The translations under genes were made by a program, and so were the position numbers. Below are positions 1-11,500 of a stretch of 64,000 bases of DNA, piece by piece. The stretch is taken from assembly GCA_000165345.1 (NCBI GenBank), contig CM000433.1, forward strand, positions 704,001-768,000, written 5' to 3'. Every line of letters begins with the position of its first letter. Within the stretch, counting starts at the first letter, position 1. The notes beneath the pieces are model-generated. The model saw only the letters and a list, made by a program, of their open reading frames with translations. It had not been told where the DNA came from and searched no databases.

Positions 1-3000
1 TAACATTTACCAATTGATTAATTTTCTCATTATTATTAACATTATTATCAATGATTTCAATTTCACAAGTATCATTTCTATGGTTTCCTCTATTTAATAT
101 TGGAATTAATCTTTGTAAAATATCTATAGAAGCTAGATTAATTTCATCCAAAATAAGCCAGTGACCTTCTTTAATAGCTTTTAGTAAAATACCATCTAAA
201 AATTCAAAATAATGTTTTTGTCTCTCATTTTCGCTATTTAATATTCTATTATCTTTCAATTTTACCAAACATTTCTGTTTTAAATCTTTCCAATACATTT
301 TTAAAGTTAAGATATCTTCAATATTAACTGCAGTTCTTTTTTTATCCTTATTTTTTTCACAATTATTCACTTTAGAACCAATTTCCTTATTTGAATCTTC
401 TTCTTCATTAACTTTCTTACTGGTTTGATTCTTTAATATATTATCAAACTCTCCTAATAATTTATCAATAATAATAATCAAATTATTAATAAATTTTAAC
501 CATTTCCTTTCTTTCAAAAGTAATAATAAATAGTTAATAATTGTCATATTCTTCTTCCTACTAATATTACTTCTTTCTAATAATACCAAATAATCATCAT
601 AAAGTAACTTTACTTCATTGTAGATATTAATTGGTCTGTAAGATCCAATAATATCACTACTTTCACTTTGATCATTAAAGTTATATACTAATAACTCACA
701 GAATTTATCTTCTCCTTCTTCTAAATGTTCATTTATGTAATTTTTATTAGTACCATATAACATATAATGTAATTGTTGAATAATAGTAGTTTTACCAGTA
801 CCAGTATCACCAACTAATAAAATATTTTCATTATTATATATAGACATAATGATTTTAAATAATATTCTTGAATGTATACTTGTGAAGGTATAATTAAGAT
901 ATTTATAATCATCCTGATAATTTGTTTTTAGAACTAATCTAGATGAAGAAGGATCCATCGAATTTTTAAGCCCATCTCTAAGTAAATTAATATTAATATC
1001 AATATTGAGTTCTTTGTTAACAATATTAATAGTTGAAGGATTTCTGGATTGTTCTCCATTTTTAATAAAATGTATATCAAATTTTCCATTTTTAAGATAA
1101 TATTCTGATTCACTCGTATTAATTCCAAAAGATTTGGAAATTTCAATTTGACATTTGTTTCTATATTTTTTAAGTGAAATATGATCAAGTAAAACACTTG
1201 CAAAAAGTATTGAAATCTTCATTCTAAGTTTTTCATTTAAAAATGTTGAATTTTTATAATCTTTATCTTGAGAAGAAAAATATTGCTTTGAAATGCTTTC
1301 ACAACCTTTAAAAAAATCATTACATGATGGTGTTCTTATATTTAAAGATTTTGTAATATTTGTTCCAGAAAAACTATTAGGATTATTCATAAAATTTACA
1401 AGATTAGAAAAAGATTCCAATAATTCTTCTTTAATTGGAGATAAATTATTATAATTGATTTCTATTCCTTTTCTTAATTCTTTGTTTGTTGGTGTAGGAA
1501 TAGTACAAATATTCCATTTATCATTGTTTAATAATTTTAAAATATCATTATTAATATATTCACTAGGATTAATGATATTAACTTTTTCATAATTCTCATT
1601 ATTAGAATTATGTTGATGATTATTCCAAAAATTATTTTGTTTTGTATATATACAACTAGAAAATATACGGAAATTTGGATGAATTTTAATTTTTCGATTA
1701 AATTCACTTAATTCAAAATAATGAGTTTCTTGAATTCTTGATTGATTAATATTAAATCCATTAACAAGAGGATAACAAATTTTTTCAGAAATTTCATTCA
1801 ATTTAATAATAACATCTTTTGGTGAATCTTGAATGTTTTCAATAAGTAACCAATCACCATTAATAAGACATAATGATAAAATTCCATATTCCCATTTAAA
1901 TTCTCCAGGTTTATCTCCAACAATCCAATTACCAAGTAAAGATTTACTATCAATAGTATTATCAAGATATAATCTAACAATTTTAAAATGATGTTTGTGT
2001 TGAAAATAGTTTAATTTAATTTGGTTAATTAGATGAAAATAAATTTGCATTCCATTATTAATATTTTCAAGAAATATTAACGAAGTTCTTGTAAAAATAC
2101 TTGAAAGTACCAATTCTTTTAAATTATTAATTATTTCTGGATCATAAATATCCATAACTGTAATTTGATTTGTATCTTTATTTTTATTAAGTTGTTCTCG
2201 ATCATTTAAGTCTGTTTGATTTTGTATTTTTTTAATAATTTGAATATCATTATTTAAACTTTTATTCATCATATCCATTTGAGATTTACTAAAAACCAAG
2301 CTAAAAGCACTTAAATAAGGCCTTTTAAAAATAAAAAATTGTAAATATAAATCAATTTCATCATGAATAGCATATTCCTGATTAATTTGAATTGAAATAA
2401 ATAAATCTTCTACATGATTTTCACGATAAAGTTGAATTTTACCTTCTACCAATTGAACAACATTTGAATAAAGTCTTAAAAATAAATACTTGATAGTTTT
2501 ATTTAATTCTTTATAATATTGAAGATTTAACATAAATTTGTCAATAATTTCATATAGCTTATGATTTGACTTTAAATAATCTCTAATTGGAATAACTCTT
2601 TCCCATAATAAGTTCAATGTAACCAAATCTCTTACTTTATTTAAAACTTCTTCTTTATTAATTTCTTTGATTTCATGTAACTTTGTTAATAATTCAATAA
2701 TATTATCCAATAATAATGATAATTCTTTCTTTCTTTCTTGTTCTTTACACCAAAATAGAGAAAAACTGTCAACAAAATATGGTAAGTCCAATAATGAAAC
2801 AACCAAATATAAATATCTACTTACATATAATGTTTCAAGCATACCATGTTCTTTATATTCAATACCTTCTTTAAAAATATCTTCAATTAAACCAAAAATA
2901 ATTACAGGAAATCTTTCCAAAACAATATCTCCAATTTCTGAGTATAATACCATTCTTCTTAAAAGTATTGGAATTCTTGAAATTAACTCTGAATTTTGTA

Positions 3001-3163
3001 ATTGGTTACTATCCAAAGTAGATAATATTTCTTCTAATTGTTTTATTGCATCTTTTAAATTAGTTCCAAATTGATAATTATTATCTTTAATACACAACCT
3101 AATCTGATCTTCACGGAGAATAACCTCCTGTAATATTATTTTTGACCTTTCTATTAGTGACAT
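1..3163 (-). CDS. AAA+ ATPase, midasin (MDN1/Rea1)-like, N-terminal ~1054 codons; gene runs off the window start
   Basis: Uninterrupted minus-strand frame from ATG (revcomp of cat at 3161-3163; MSLIERSKIILQEVILRED...) to nt 1. It is not in the ORF track because it has no in-window stop. Walker A LLVGDTGTGKTT at nt ~785-829. Midasin-type motif YFEFLDGILLKAIKEGHWLILDEINLASID at nt ~125-200. The two listed small minus ORFs here (934..1203, 1798..1980) are in other frames. Confidence 0.6.
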   Translation of the reverse strand, partial: MSLIERSKIILQEVILREDQIRLCIKDNNYQFGTNLKDAIKQLEEILSTLDSNQLQNSELISRIPILLRRMVLYSEIGDIVLERFPVIIFGLIEDIFKEGIEYKEHGMLETLYVSRYLYLVVSLLDLPYFVDSFSLFWCKEQERKKELSLLLDNIIELLTKLHEIKEINKEEVLNKVRDLVTLNLLWERVIPIRDYLKSNHKLYEIIDKFMLNLQYYKELNKTIKYLFLRLYSNVVQLVEGKIQLYRENHVEDLFISIQINQEYAIHDEIDLYLQFFIFKRPYLSAFSLVFSKSQMDMMNKSLNNDIQIIKKIQNQTDLNDREQLNKNKDTNQITVMDIYDPEIINNLKELVLSSIFTRTSLIFLENINNGMQIYFHLINQIKLNYFQHKHHFKIVRLYLDNTIDSKSLLGNWIVGDKPGEFKWEYGILSLCLINGDWLLIENIQDSPKDVIIKLNEISEKICYPLVNGFNINQSRIQETHYFELSEFNRKIKIHPNFRIFSSCIYTKQNNFWNNHQHNSNNENYEKVNIINPSEYINNDILKLLNNDKWNICTIPTPTNKELRKGIEINYNNLSPIKEELLESFSNLVNFMNNPNSFSGTNITKSLNIRTPSCNDFFKGCESISKQYFSSQDKDYKNSTFLNEKLRMKISILFASVLLDHISLKKYRNKCQIEISKSFGINTSESEYYLKNGKFDIHFIKNGEQSRNPSTINIVNKELNIDININLLRDGLKNSMDPSSSRLVLKTNYQDDYKYLNYTFTSIHSRILFKIIMSIYNNENILLVGDTGTGKTTIIQQLHYMLYGTNKNYINEHLEEGEDKFCELLVYNFNDQSESSDIIGSYRPINIYNEVKLLYDDYLVLLERSNISRKKNMTIINYLLLLLKERKWLKFINNLIIIIDKLLGEFDNILKNQTSKKVNEEEDSNKEIGSKVNNCEKNKDKKRTAVNIEDILTLKMYWKDLKQKCLVKLKDNRILNSENERQKHYFEFLDGILLKAIKEGHWLILDEINLASIDILQRLIPILNRGNHRNDTCEIEIIDNNVNNNEKINQLVNV

Positions 3164-3424
3164 TGTTTAACTTTTTTTTTCTTCTTCTTCTTCCTCTAGC
3201 TATTTTGTTACTTCTCCACGTCTATATAACTTAGTTTACTTGGAATTATTTCGCATTTATCAACTATTTACAAAATTTCAATTATTTCTAGCTTTAAATA
3301 CTAAATAAGTACTTAATTCTTCAACTCCTTTCTTGAATTAAACTTCTTTCTCCTTCCTAAATTATCACTTATCAAACCTTGATTACCTTATTCTTTGTAA
3401 TTTTGTCATTAAATGACATATGAA

Positions 3425-3437
3425 TTGCCCGCCATTT
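3425..3437. promoter_or_regulatory. E2F-like GGCGGG-core motif (ttgcccgccattt), ~260 bp upstream of the midasin-like ATG
   Basis: Sequence ttgcccgccattt. An inverted copy aaatggcgggcaa lies at 4215-4227 upstream of the divergent 4337 gene. Similar CCCGCCAAAA/TGGCGCCA motifs recur upstream of other genes in the window. Confidence 0.35.
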
Positions 3438-3567
3438 ATTTATTATTATTTAAGAATTTTTTTCAAGGGCATGACAAAAATTAAGAATTACAAAAATACC
3501 CGCCCAATTATAACCATCATTAAGACGTGTTAATAAATTATTATTATTTTTTTAATTCAGGCCAAAA

Positions 3568-3688
3568 TTACACCGTACTGATGTGATATCTCGTACCAAT
3601 CTTTCGCCTTTTACTAAAGATTGCCGTGTCACATCAGCTTGGTAGTTATTACCAGGTCATAATATTTGGGGAGTTTCTACACTCCGAC
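3568..3688 (+). ncRNA. U5: U5 spliceosomal snRNA
   Basis: Invariant U5 loop 1 with flanking stem, AATCTTTCGCCTTTTACTAAAGATTGCCGTG, at 3597-3629. A 9-bp stem CTGATGTGA/TCACATCAG encloses it. Sm-like site AATATTTGG at 3661-3669, followed by a 3' hairpin GGAGTttctacACTCC at 3670-3685. Ends approximate by a few nt. Confidence 0.8.
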
Positions 3689-4009
3689 AACAATAAAACC
3701 AATGTATCATTTAAATTATCCCTTGAATTTAGGTTCTCTTTCTCAGCGTTCTTTCGTGTTTCTGCCGCTTGCATGCACTTGGGTACATGTGACGTTGTGC
3801 ATGCCTCCTCTCTTTGCCCACTCACTGCCAGGGATTCCTATACCGGCATTGCAAATCATCCACATGCAGCCGGGTTGTCAGGAGTGTTGACGTGTCAGGG
3901 CGCCAGCCCCCTACCTGTACATTAGCATGTATGGAGGACAAATATAACTAGGACACTAAAGGCAAGACTACTTCAAGGCTAACTACATTAAGTGATACGT
4001 TGGTTTTAT

Positions 4010-4153
4010 TGTAGCCCTAGAGGGCCCCAGAAATTGCCATTAATCTATTAGAGAATAGAATAATAGAAGTTTAAATTGGTGTAGTTTTCAACTAGCAGAA
4101 ATCGCACATCCGCTGAGCGTCATTTGTAACGATATCTCCCCTTGCGTAAGGCT
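4010..4153 (-). ncRNA. U4: U4 spliceosomal snRNA
   Basis: Minus-strand RNA AGCCUUACGCAAGGGGAGAUAUCGUUACAAAUGACGCUCAGCGGAUGUGCGAUUUCUGCUAGUUGAAAACUACACC... aligns with human U4 (AGCUUUGCGCAGUGGCAGUAUCGUAGCCAAUGAGG...GCGAUUAUUGCUAAUUGAAAACU). A 3' Sm site GGCAAUUUCUGG is followed by a terminal hairpin GGCCCucuaGGGCU. Length ~144 nt, close to the canonical 145. Confidence 0.8.
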
Positions 4154-4214
4154 AATTCTCACCTAAATGAATTTTCTCAAACTTAATTTTTAATACTACT
4201 AAATGATGGGTCTC

Positions 4215-4227
4215 AAATGGCGGGCAA
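4215..4227. promoter_or_regulatory. E2F-like motif aaatggcgggcaa, ~110 bp upstream of the 4337 ATG
   Basis: Inverted copy of the 3425-3437 motif. The two flank the divergent intergenic region that holds the snRNA genes. Confidence 0.35.
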
Positions 4228-4336
4228 AGTTACAAATGAGTCAAAATATAACAATCTAAAAAAAATAAAGTCAACAATAGCCAATTTAATATTATATTTG
4301 GTTTTATATTGAATTAAATATTGTTTTTTCCACCAA

Positions 4337-5521
4337 ATGTACAAAGATGAAGAAAAAGAAAGTAAAAATAGTTATCATGGAAATGGTGAAAGCTTGAATT
4401 CTGATTCCTATATTTTAAAAAGTGACGAAATTGAAACAATAAGATCTTTAATAAAAGGAAAAAGAAAAGAATTAATTTTAGAAGAAAATGATAAAAACAA
4501 TAATCAAATAAGACCTTCAAAGATGAAAAGAAAGGAAACTCATAAAAATGATCTTAAAAATGGTTCTATTGAGGAAATAACAAAACCAAAAATACGAGAT
4601 TACTTTACATGTATGTTATTTATTACATTGAAATTTCAAGATATCTTTACAAAGAAAAATTCGGAAATTATAATTGGAGAGTTAAATTTTAATGAACTAT
4701 TTATCAAATTTTCATTAAATATCTTAACTGAGGTATATAAAAAATACTATTACAAAGCAGAAATTTCTTCTGAAAAACCTAAAATATATCCAACTTTTGA
4801 TTTTCAAGAAATTAAAAAAAATCCAAATGGACAAAAGATATATAACAATATTTGCTCTAATTCTAACTTTGATCTTATTGTTAATGATACAAATTATCAA
4901 GTAAATCAAAGAGTTGGATTACATTTAAGCTTAACAAGAAATCATCATATTAGTAAGAAATTATCAATCAAATTTTTGGAAAATATTATCAAAAAATTCA
5001 ATAATTGCCTGGATATTAATAATGAAATTCCAGAAAAAGCCTTTATATCACAAAGAATTGAAATTCAAACTAAATTAAAATCCTTTTGTATTCTTTTAGA
5101 CTATGATTCTGTTATTATTTTGAAAAATACATACCTATATTCCAAAAATACTAATATTAATGGTGGTATCTTTGTAGCAATTCAAATTCATCATTCAAGC
5201 AAAATTAATTACTTGAATCCTATTATTGAAATTATTGATCAAGCTTGTATTGATTTAGGTATACAACCACTTTATTCTGAAAGAGTTTTCCATATTTCAT
5301 TATTTTATATTAAAAAGTCTGATCTATATTTGGGAAATGCTGGCCATAATTCCAAAAGTGTAATTGAAACTTACAACTTTAAAGAATATCTTTCATCTAA
5401 ACTCATTTCTTCTTCTATTAATGATTTCTCAACCCTAACCACAAAAAATAATATCGTTTGGATTAATAAACTTGTATTCAGAGTTGGAATATATGAGTAC
5501 TATTTACTTCTTGATTCTTGA
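4337..5521 (+). CDS. Hypothetical 394-aa protein; candidate 2H phosphoesterase (Usb1/LigT-like, two H-x-S-x motifs)
   Basis: Genuine ATG ORF (MYKDEEKESK...). Two H-h-S-h tetrapeptides, GLHLSLTRN and VFHISLFYIKK, are ~120 aa apart, as in the 2H/HVSL phosphoesterase family. Otherwise no recognisable domain. Confidence 0.5.
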   Translation: MYKDEEKESKNSYHGNGESLNSDSYILKSDEIETIRSLIKGKRKELILEENDKNNNQIRPSKMKRKETHKNDLKNGSIEEITKPKIRDYFTCMLFITLKFQDIFTKKNSEIIIGELNFNELFIKFSLNILTEVYKKYYYKAEISSEKPKIYPTFDFQEIKKNPNGQKIYNNICSNSNFDLIVNDTNYQVNQRVGLHLSLTRNHHISKKLSIKFLENIIKKFNNCLDINNEIPEKAFISQRIEIQTKLKSFCILLDYDSVIILKNTYLYSKNTNINGGIFVAIQIHHSSKINYLNPIIEIIDQACIDLGIQPLYSERVFHISLFYIKKSDLYLGNAGHNSKSVIETYNFKEYLSSKLISSSINDFSTLTTKNNIVWINKLVFRVGIYEYYLLLDS

Positions 5522-5548
5522 TATATTTTATACTACTTCTTATTTAAT

Positions 5549-8500
5549 CTAACTCTTTTGAGTTCTTGTTCTTGGAACAATTTGGAAAGTTACTCTAGTC
5601 TTGAAAACGACTTTCTCATCCAATTCACTTATTATACAATAAATTGTGAAAGTCTTTCTGTTCATCTGAACTAACTGTCCTCCATATGGCATCACCAAAT
5701 CTTCCCTATTATTATTATTCTTTAATAACTCCTTTGCAATCATATCTATTTCAATTCCAGTTCCACCTCCAGCTTTTCCTAAACTTCCCAAGTTATTATC
5801 AGATTCATTTGATAAATTTTTAATATTATTCAATAATTTTTTTTGAGACTTATTCATTCCCGTATTAATATCACTGCTATTACTATTATTCATCGTTTGG
5901 TTTGCTCCTTCATTCATATTAATTATAGAATTCCTAATTAAAGAAGAATGCCTCTCATCATTTTCCAAAGTACTTGAGACTCTCCTAATATATCCAATTT
6001 TGTTCTGAGTATGAGCTGGAATTGTTCCAGAAATTATACCAGTTTCTGTTGAAAATGTTAATCCAGTATATTTTGGTAATGCTGGTTTAATACACCATCT
6101 TTTGCTTACATCATCTTCAATGAATATATTATGTTGCTGATTAATTATTCCTTTAGAGCAATAGAATATTGGCTCTAAATTTACTTGATCTTGACTATAA
6201 AATGTTATACAAGGTCTTGGATCGTTAACATCTGATCTAAATTTACTTGGAAGAGAATATCCAATCTTTAATATTGGACCCTTTTCTGTAATTATTATCA
6301 GTCCATTCGGAGTACCTCCTGTTCCTCCTCCCTTGTTATAATTCTTATTCTTACTAATTATTCTTGAGCTTGATTTCTTCTCCCTTAAAACCAATATATT
6401 CTCAGAATTTGAAGAATATTGAGAATCTTCGCCTAATTCAATCTGTGACATTGATGTTTCAATATCTCCTCCCATAATATCTTCAATCCTTTCTTTCATT
6501 CTTTCTTCAATCTCTTTACTATCCTGTGAAGCTCCTGTTTGTAATCCAACAGCACCAACAATTGCTAATACTGATTGTACTGCAGTACTTAATTCATTTC
6601 TCATACCTTCAAAAGTCTTTATTGCTATACCTACAAAAATACAAAATAATAATAATGAAGCTGATGTTGCCATTATTATTAATCCTTGTCTCTCATAACT
6701 TAGTCCTACATGATCATGAACTAATTGTGGTAAGAATAATCCAAAAAGTACTTCAAATCCATCCAATAATTCCTGTAAATCTAGTGATTTATCTTGATTT
6801 AAATCCATTAAATCAAACATTCTTTTTACTTCTCTTACTGGAAGCTGAATCCTCATATTATTTAATAATTCACAAAGTAAATCAAATGATAATCCTTCTT
6901 TACTTAAAGCTGCTAATATTGAAACCATATCTCCTGGACGTATTAAACCATATCTATTACTATATTCCAAACATTTTGATGTTGCTTCAATTATTGATGA
7001 TTCTGGCTTTTCTAGATGTAAACCAATATTTAATACTACTTTAATTGCTTCTGGCCATAATCCTGTCATTAATTTTTTTGGAAGTAATCTTCTAACTGAA
7101 TCAATGTTTATTACTACTCCTTCCATTGGATCCATTCCTGTTGGATCCATTAATATTCTTAAGTGAACTGATTCTTTTAGATTATTTCTAATCTTACTCT
7201 TTCTAATATAGGATTCCATATTTTCCATGGAGTCTTCAAATTGATTCATTAAATTATTACCAATCTTTTTATCTCTCCTAAATCTTCCTCCTATAGACAT
7301 TCTTTTTGAGAATTTCTTTTTAGATGAAGAACCTAATTCACCTTCTATTTGATATCCTGGTTTAAGCTTATATTTGCTTTCACCTCCTATTTTATCTTTT
7401 TCAGCTATTCCTTCACCAAAAGCCTCATAGTGTTCAAATCCTTTATTATGAATACCAATCAATCCACCTCCTCTATTCATGAGCTGTTGTTCACTATTAT
7501 ATTCATCTCGTTCATAATCCTCATCTTCATACATATAATGTTCCTCACCTTTCCTATTTCCTCTAGCTCTTAAATACTTATTCATTCCATCTTCCAATAC
7601 ACCTCTTGAATTCATCTGTTCATCTTCTTCTGCTTCTCTTTCCATATTTTTCCCATAATCCCTATATGGTACTATAAAAGAAGTAATATTTAAAGGATCT
7701 TTTGGTAAACTTTTCCAAATTGATTCCACTCCAGAATTTGGAATTGTTATCTTAGCCAAAGCTAAAAACCTTCTTAGCATTTCATGAGTAAAATATCCTC
7801 TATAAGAATGAACATCTTGAGCATCAAAATGTTGCTTGTTTTGGTTAGTTACCTCATATAAAGACGATTTGAATGTACCACTAATCAAATTACTTCCAGA
7901 AATTGTCATTCCTACTCCTCTAAATAACCCTGTACCTCCATAAGTTGTATTATTCACACTATTTTCATTACTATTACTACCCTTATTGACATTATTATTA
8001 GTGCTATTATTAGGATTATTACAACCAACATTACTCATTCTTCTTCCACTCAAGTATTCTTCTTCTCCATTATTCTTATAAATTGGTTGAAGATAAACCA
8101 TAATAATGAAATCTCTTGCTAAAGAAGCATTAACAAATGGTCTTACAGTTCCCATATTCAAATTCAAACATAATAACAACCATAATATATAACTTTGGAG
8201 TTTATGACTTGAGAATCCCAAAGTAGTTAAAGTTGTATCAAATATATCAAATGATATGTTAAAATCTACCATCTTGTTACTACTACCTGTCATCTTCTCA
8301 AAGTAGTCATCCTGATTCTTGTTGATCATTTTCTTATTGTTACTCGTTACTCCTTCATCTTCATTTGTATCCTGTATATTATTGTTATTGAGTTGATTAA
8401 AGTTATTACTTTGTGATCTACTAAATAGCAAAAGTTTACCTTGCTCAATTTCACCCTTGTTAGATCCTTTTTGACCACCAGAACTCTTATTTACACTTTC

Positions 8501-11500
8501 TAAATATGACAGATCAGTCGTCTTATGAATATATAATCTCTTGTGATCTTTAATATACTCATGCAATTGAGATCTTCCAATAAATCCACACCTCAAAACT
8601 GCAATTTTATGGAAATCTTTAACTACATCCTCTGGTATACCTTTAACATTACTTAATAAAGTCCAGTCCAATAGCTCACCATAATTTGAAGATCTCTCTG
8701 GAATCATTTTATTCAAAAATCCATCTTCTAAAATTGTCACACCTCCTCCTAAAGTTGTTCCTGAAAATGGCAAATCACCCCTTTCTCCTCCTCCAGCTAA
8801 ACCTTGTAGGCTAAATCCTATATCGTCTAAGTTACCAATTCCAAGATCACCACCTCTACCATGTACCTTATCATTCATTGCTGTACCAAATATATTACTT
8901 TGATTACTCAAAAGAGAACCTTGTCCTCCAATAATTCCTCCATTAATTGAATTTGAAATAATATTATCAAAGTTAGTACTTTTATGTATATGAAAAACAT
9001 TAATATTTGGACCCAATCCAAGCTCACTAAGTCTTTCCAAAGGATTTCCTGATCCCATCAATAACATATTATTACTAATTAAACCCAAGAAATGCATTGA
9101 TACAAGTAAACCCGAAAAATTCAAACATCTTTCTGTCAAAGTTTGTAATGCCAAATCTGATAATTCTACAGGTAAAAATCCACTTCCATTACTCAATTTA
9201 GTGAATACACTCTTTACATGTTGAAGATTCCTTTCCTCTATATAGTTAAGATTAGTTAAACTGACAGAATTATCATAAGTTACACTTGGAAGACGATCAG
9301 TTGATAAATTGATTCCACAGAGTCGAATTAAGAATATAAAAGCGTCCATCCAAAGGTATTTGGAAACAATTACTTGAATTACTTGCTCCAAAGTTGTTTC
9401 AGAAAACTCAATAGTATTATTACTCGATGATGAATTTGTAACTCCACCTGCTCCTCCATCACCTTCTCCATTCCCTGTAGCTCCTCCACCAATCAAAATA
9501 CCATTAATTTCACTCATTTTTGAATCAACTAATGCTGAATGAAATACTTCAACACTAGTTTTTACCTCTCTTTGATGAATTATATTTGCATTATTCTTCT
9601 GGTTCTTACCTACTGAAGATATATTCTGATTACTATTAGAAAAATCTGATACTAAAACTCCTCCAGATCTAGAACTTGTAATAGAATTAGCTCTCCTCAA
9701 GACTGTTTGGATTGCTCCTAAAATAACTTTCATTCCTTGATGATTTCTTGGTAAAATAAGTACTTCTTCAGTAATTAAACTATGAGATCTTTTCCAAGGT
9801 ATATCTACAGTAAGCATATCAACATCGGTATCTTTTAATACACTTAAAGCATACAATGCTTTAGTTATCAAAGATACTTGAAATTGTAATGATGCATTTC
9901 CTTGAGATAATGATATAATTTCAAGTGTATCCTTAACATTACGTTGATTTTCGACTCTATACTCTTTTAAAGCATCAACAACTTGAGCTGCAGTTTTAGG
10001 AGGAGCTGATACAAAGTATTCATGTATAGAAAGTGAAAGCTCATTTAAAGATGGTCCATAGAAGATATTTACAATTCTTGCAGCTTTTCTTCTGATTAAT
10101 TTTGGATAAACAATATCCAAAAAGTGATCAGCTCCTTTTTTAACTCTGCTTTTATCAAATAATCTTCCAATTATATGGTTAAATAAGATCCAGATATCTT
10201 GTCTAATCTCATTGTGAAGAATTCTCATAAGCTGTAAGAACTTGGTTGTATCATTGTCAGAGTTTTTGTTTTGAGATGTCATACTCTTAATGCATGCACT
10301 ATCTCCTCCAATTCCATTATCTTTTAACCCATTTCCATTAATATTAGTTGTTGTACCTCCAATTCCTCCTCCTCCTCCTCCTGCAGGATTAGCTATCATA
10401 CTACTACTGCTTGCAGCATTTATAAAACTTGAACTTGATCCATTATTCAAGTTTGAGTTAGATTGATTTAATAACCAGGTTGAAGATGAAGTTTTGAAGT
10501 TTCTATTTGATGATCCTGTTCTTCCAATAATATTCAAATTATTTCCCTGTTTCTCAAACATACTTAAGCTTCCAGAGAATGAATATTCATCATGAAAAGT
10601 ACTATTTGAAATGATATTTCCATCATTAATAATATCTAAATCATCGTTACTTAAAGAATGAGAATTACCAAAAGTTAATACATTTCTTCTTCCAAATATA
10701 GGAATCAATAAAGCAACCTGAGCATCAAATACCTTATAAGCCAAAGAATGAATATCTCTCAAAGCTGTATCAATATCTGGAGTCCTTAAATTTCTGGTAG
10801 CAAATGTAAATATATATTTTAGCTTTTGTACATTCATCTCACGTAATAATTGAAACTTTGTATGCTTACTAGAGTTACCAACTCCTCCTCTAATATTATT
10901 ACTAATATTATTAGAACTCTTTCCTCTAATTGAAAAACCTCCAAAAGAATCCCCAACTCCTTCAAAAGTACTAGAAGATGATCTTCCATAATGATTTAAT
11001 GAACATAGCTTTAAATTATTTAAATCCCCAGTAATTACACCAATATCTGAATCATTCACAACTTTTCCAAAATGGAAATGATTACCTGTATTCTTTTTAC
11101 TATTTTCAAAACTTGAAGAAAGTAAATCTATCCATAAATAGCCTTTCTGATCTATCATAGGCTTAAATCCTGTTTTTATTGTATGGCAAGAACTAGCATT
11201 GAAAATATCCTCACTAAACTCATCATCATACTCTTCCTCATCTATTCCACCATTTTCTTGTGCTCCTTTATCATCAATAACTCCTCTATCTATTATAAAT
11301 TGATCATGAGCTTGGCTCATAATCATCTCACCTTCATTCTCACTTGTACCTCCTCTAATTGGAATAACCTTCTCATAATCAGAATCCAAATTCCCAGGAT
11401 ACAATGAATACAATATTATAATATCTTCCACAGAAAATCCTTGTTGATCATCTACATTTGTATTACAAATAGAATTAAAATAATCAATAATATCTTGGTA

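Noticed and set aside
2667-3074. 135-aa plus-strand ORF
   Set aside because: Antisense to the continuous midasin-like frame; Asn/Ser-rich, typical of chance ORFs in AT-rich DNA.
3626-3925. 99-aa and 74-aa plus-strand ORFs
   Set aside because: They fall in the GC-rich island and on the U5 snRNA 3' part. They stay open only because high GC removes stop codons, and the translation shows no protein-like features.
3900-3960. Similarity of GGAGGACAAAUAUAACUAGGA to U2 stem-loop IIa (GAGGACAAUAUAUUAAAUGGA)
   Set aside because: No U2 5' end, branch-point-binding GUAGUA or Sm site in the right order nearby; the resemblance is isolated.
6526-7044. 172-aa plus-strand ORF and other listed 60-130 aa ORFs inside the giant 5549..19891, 21106..27315 and 56832..63113 genes
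   Set aside because: All are antisense or out of frame relative to long, domain-bearing reading frames. They are low-complexity Leu/Ile/Phe-rich translations.
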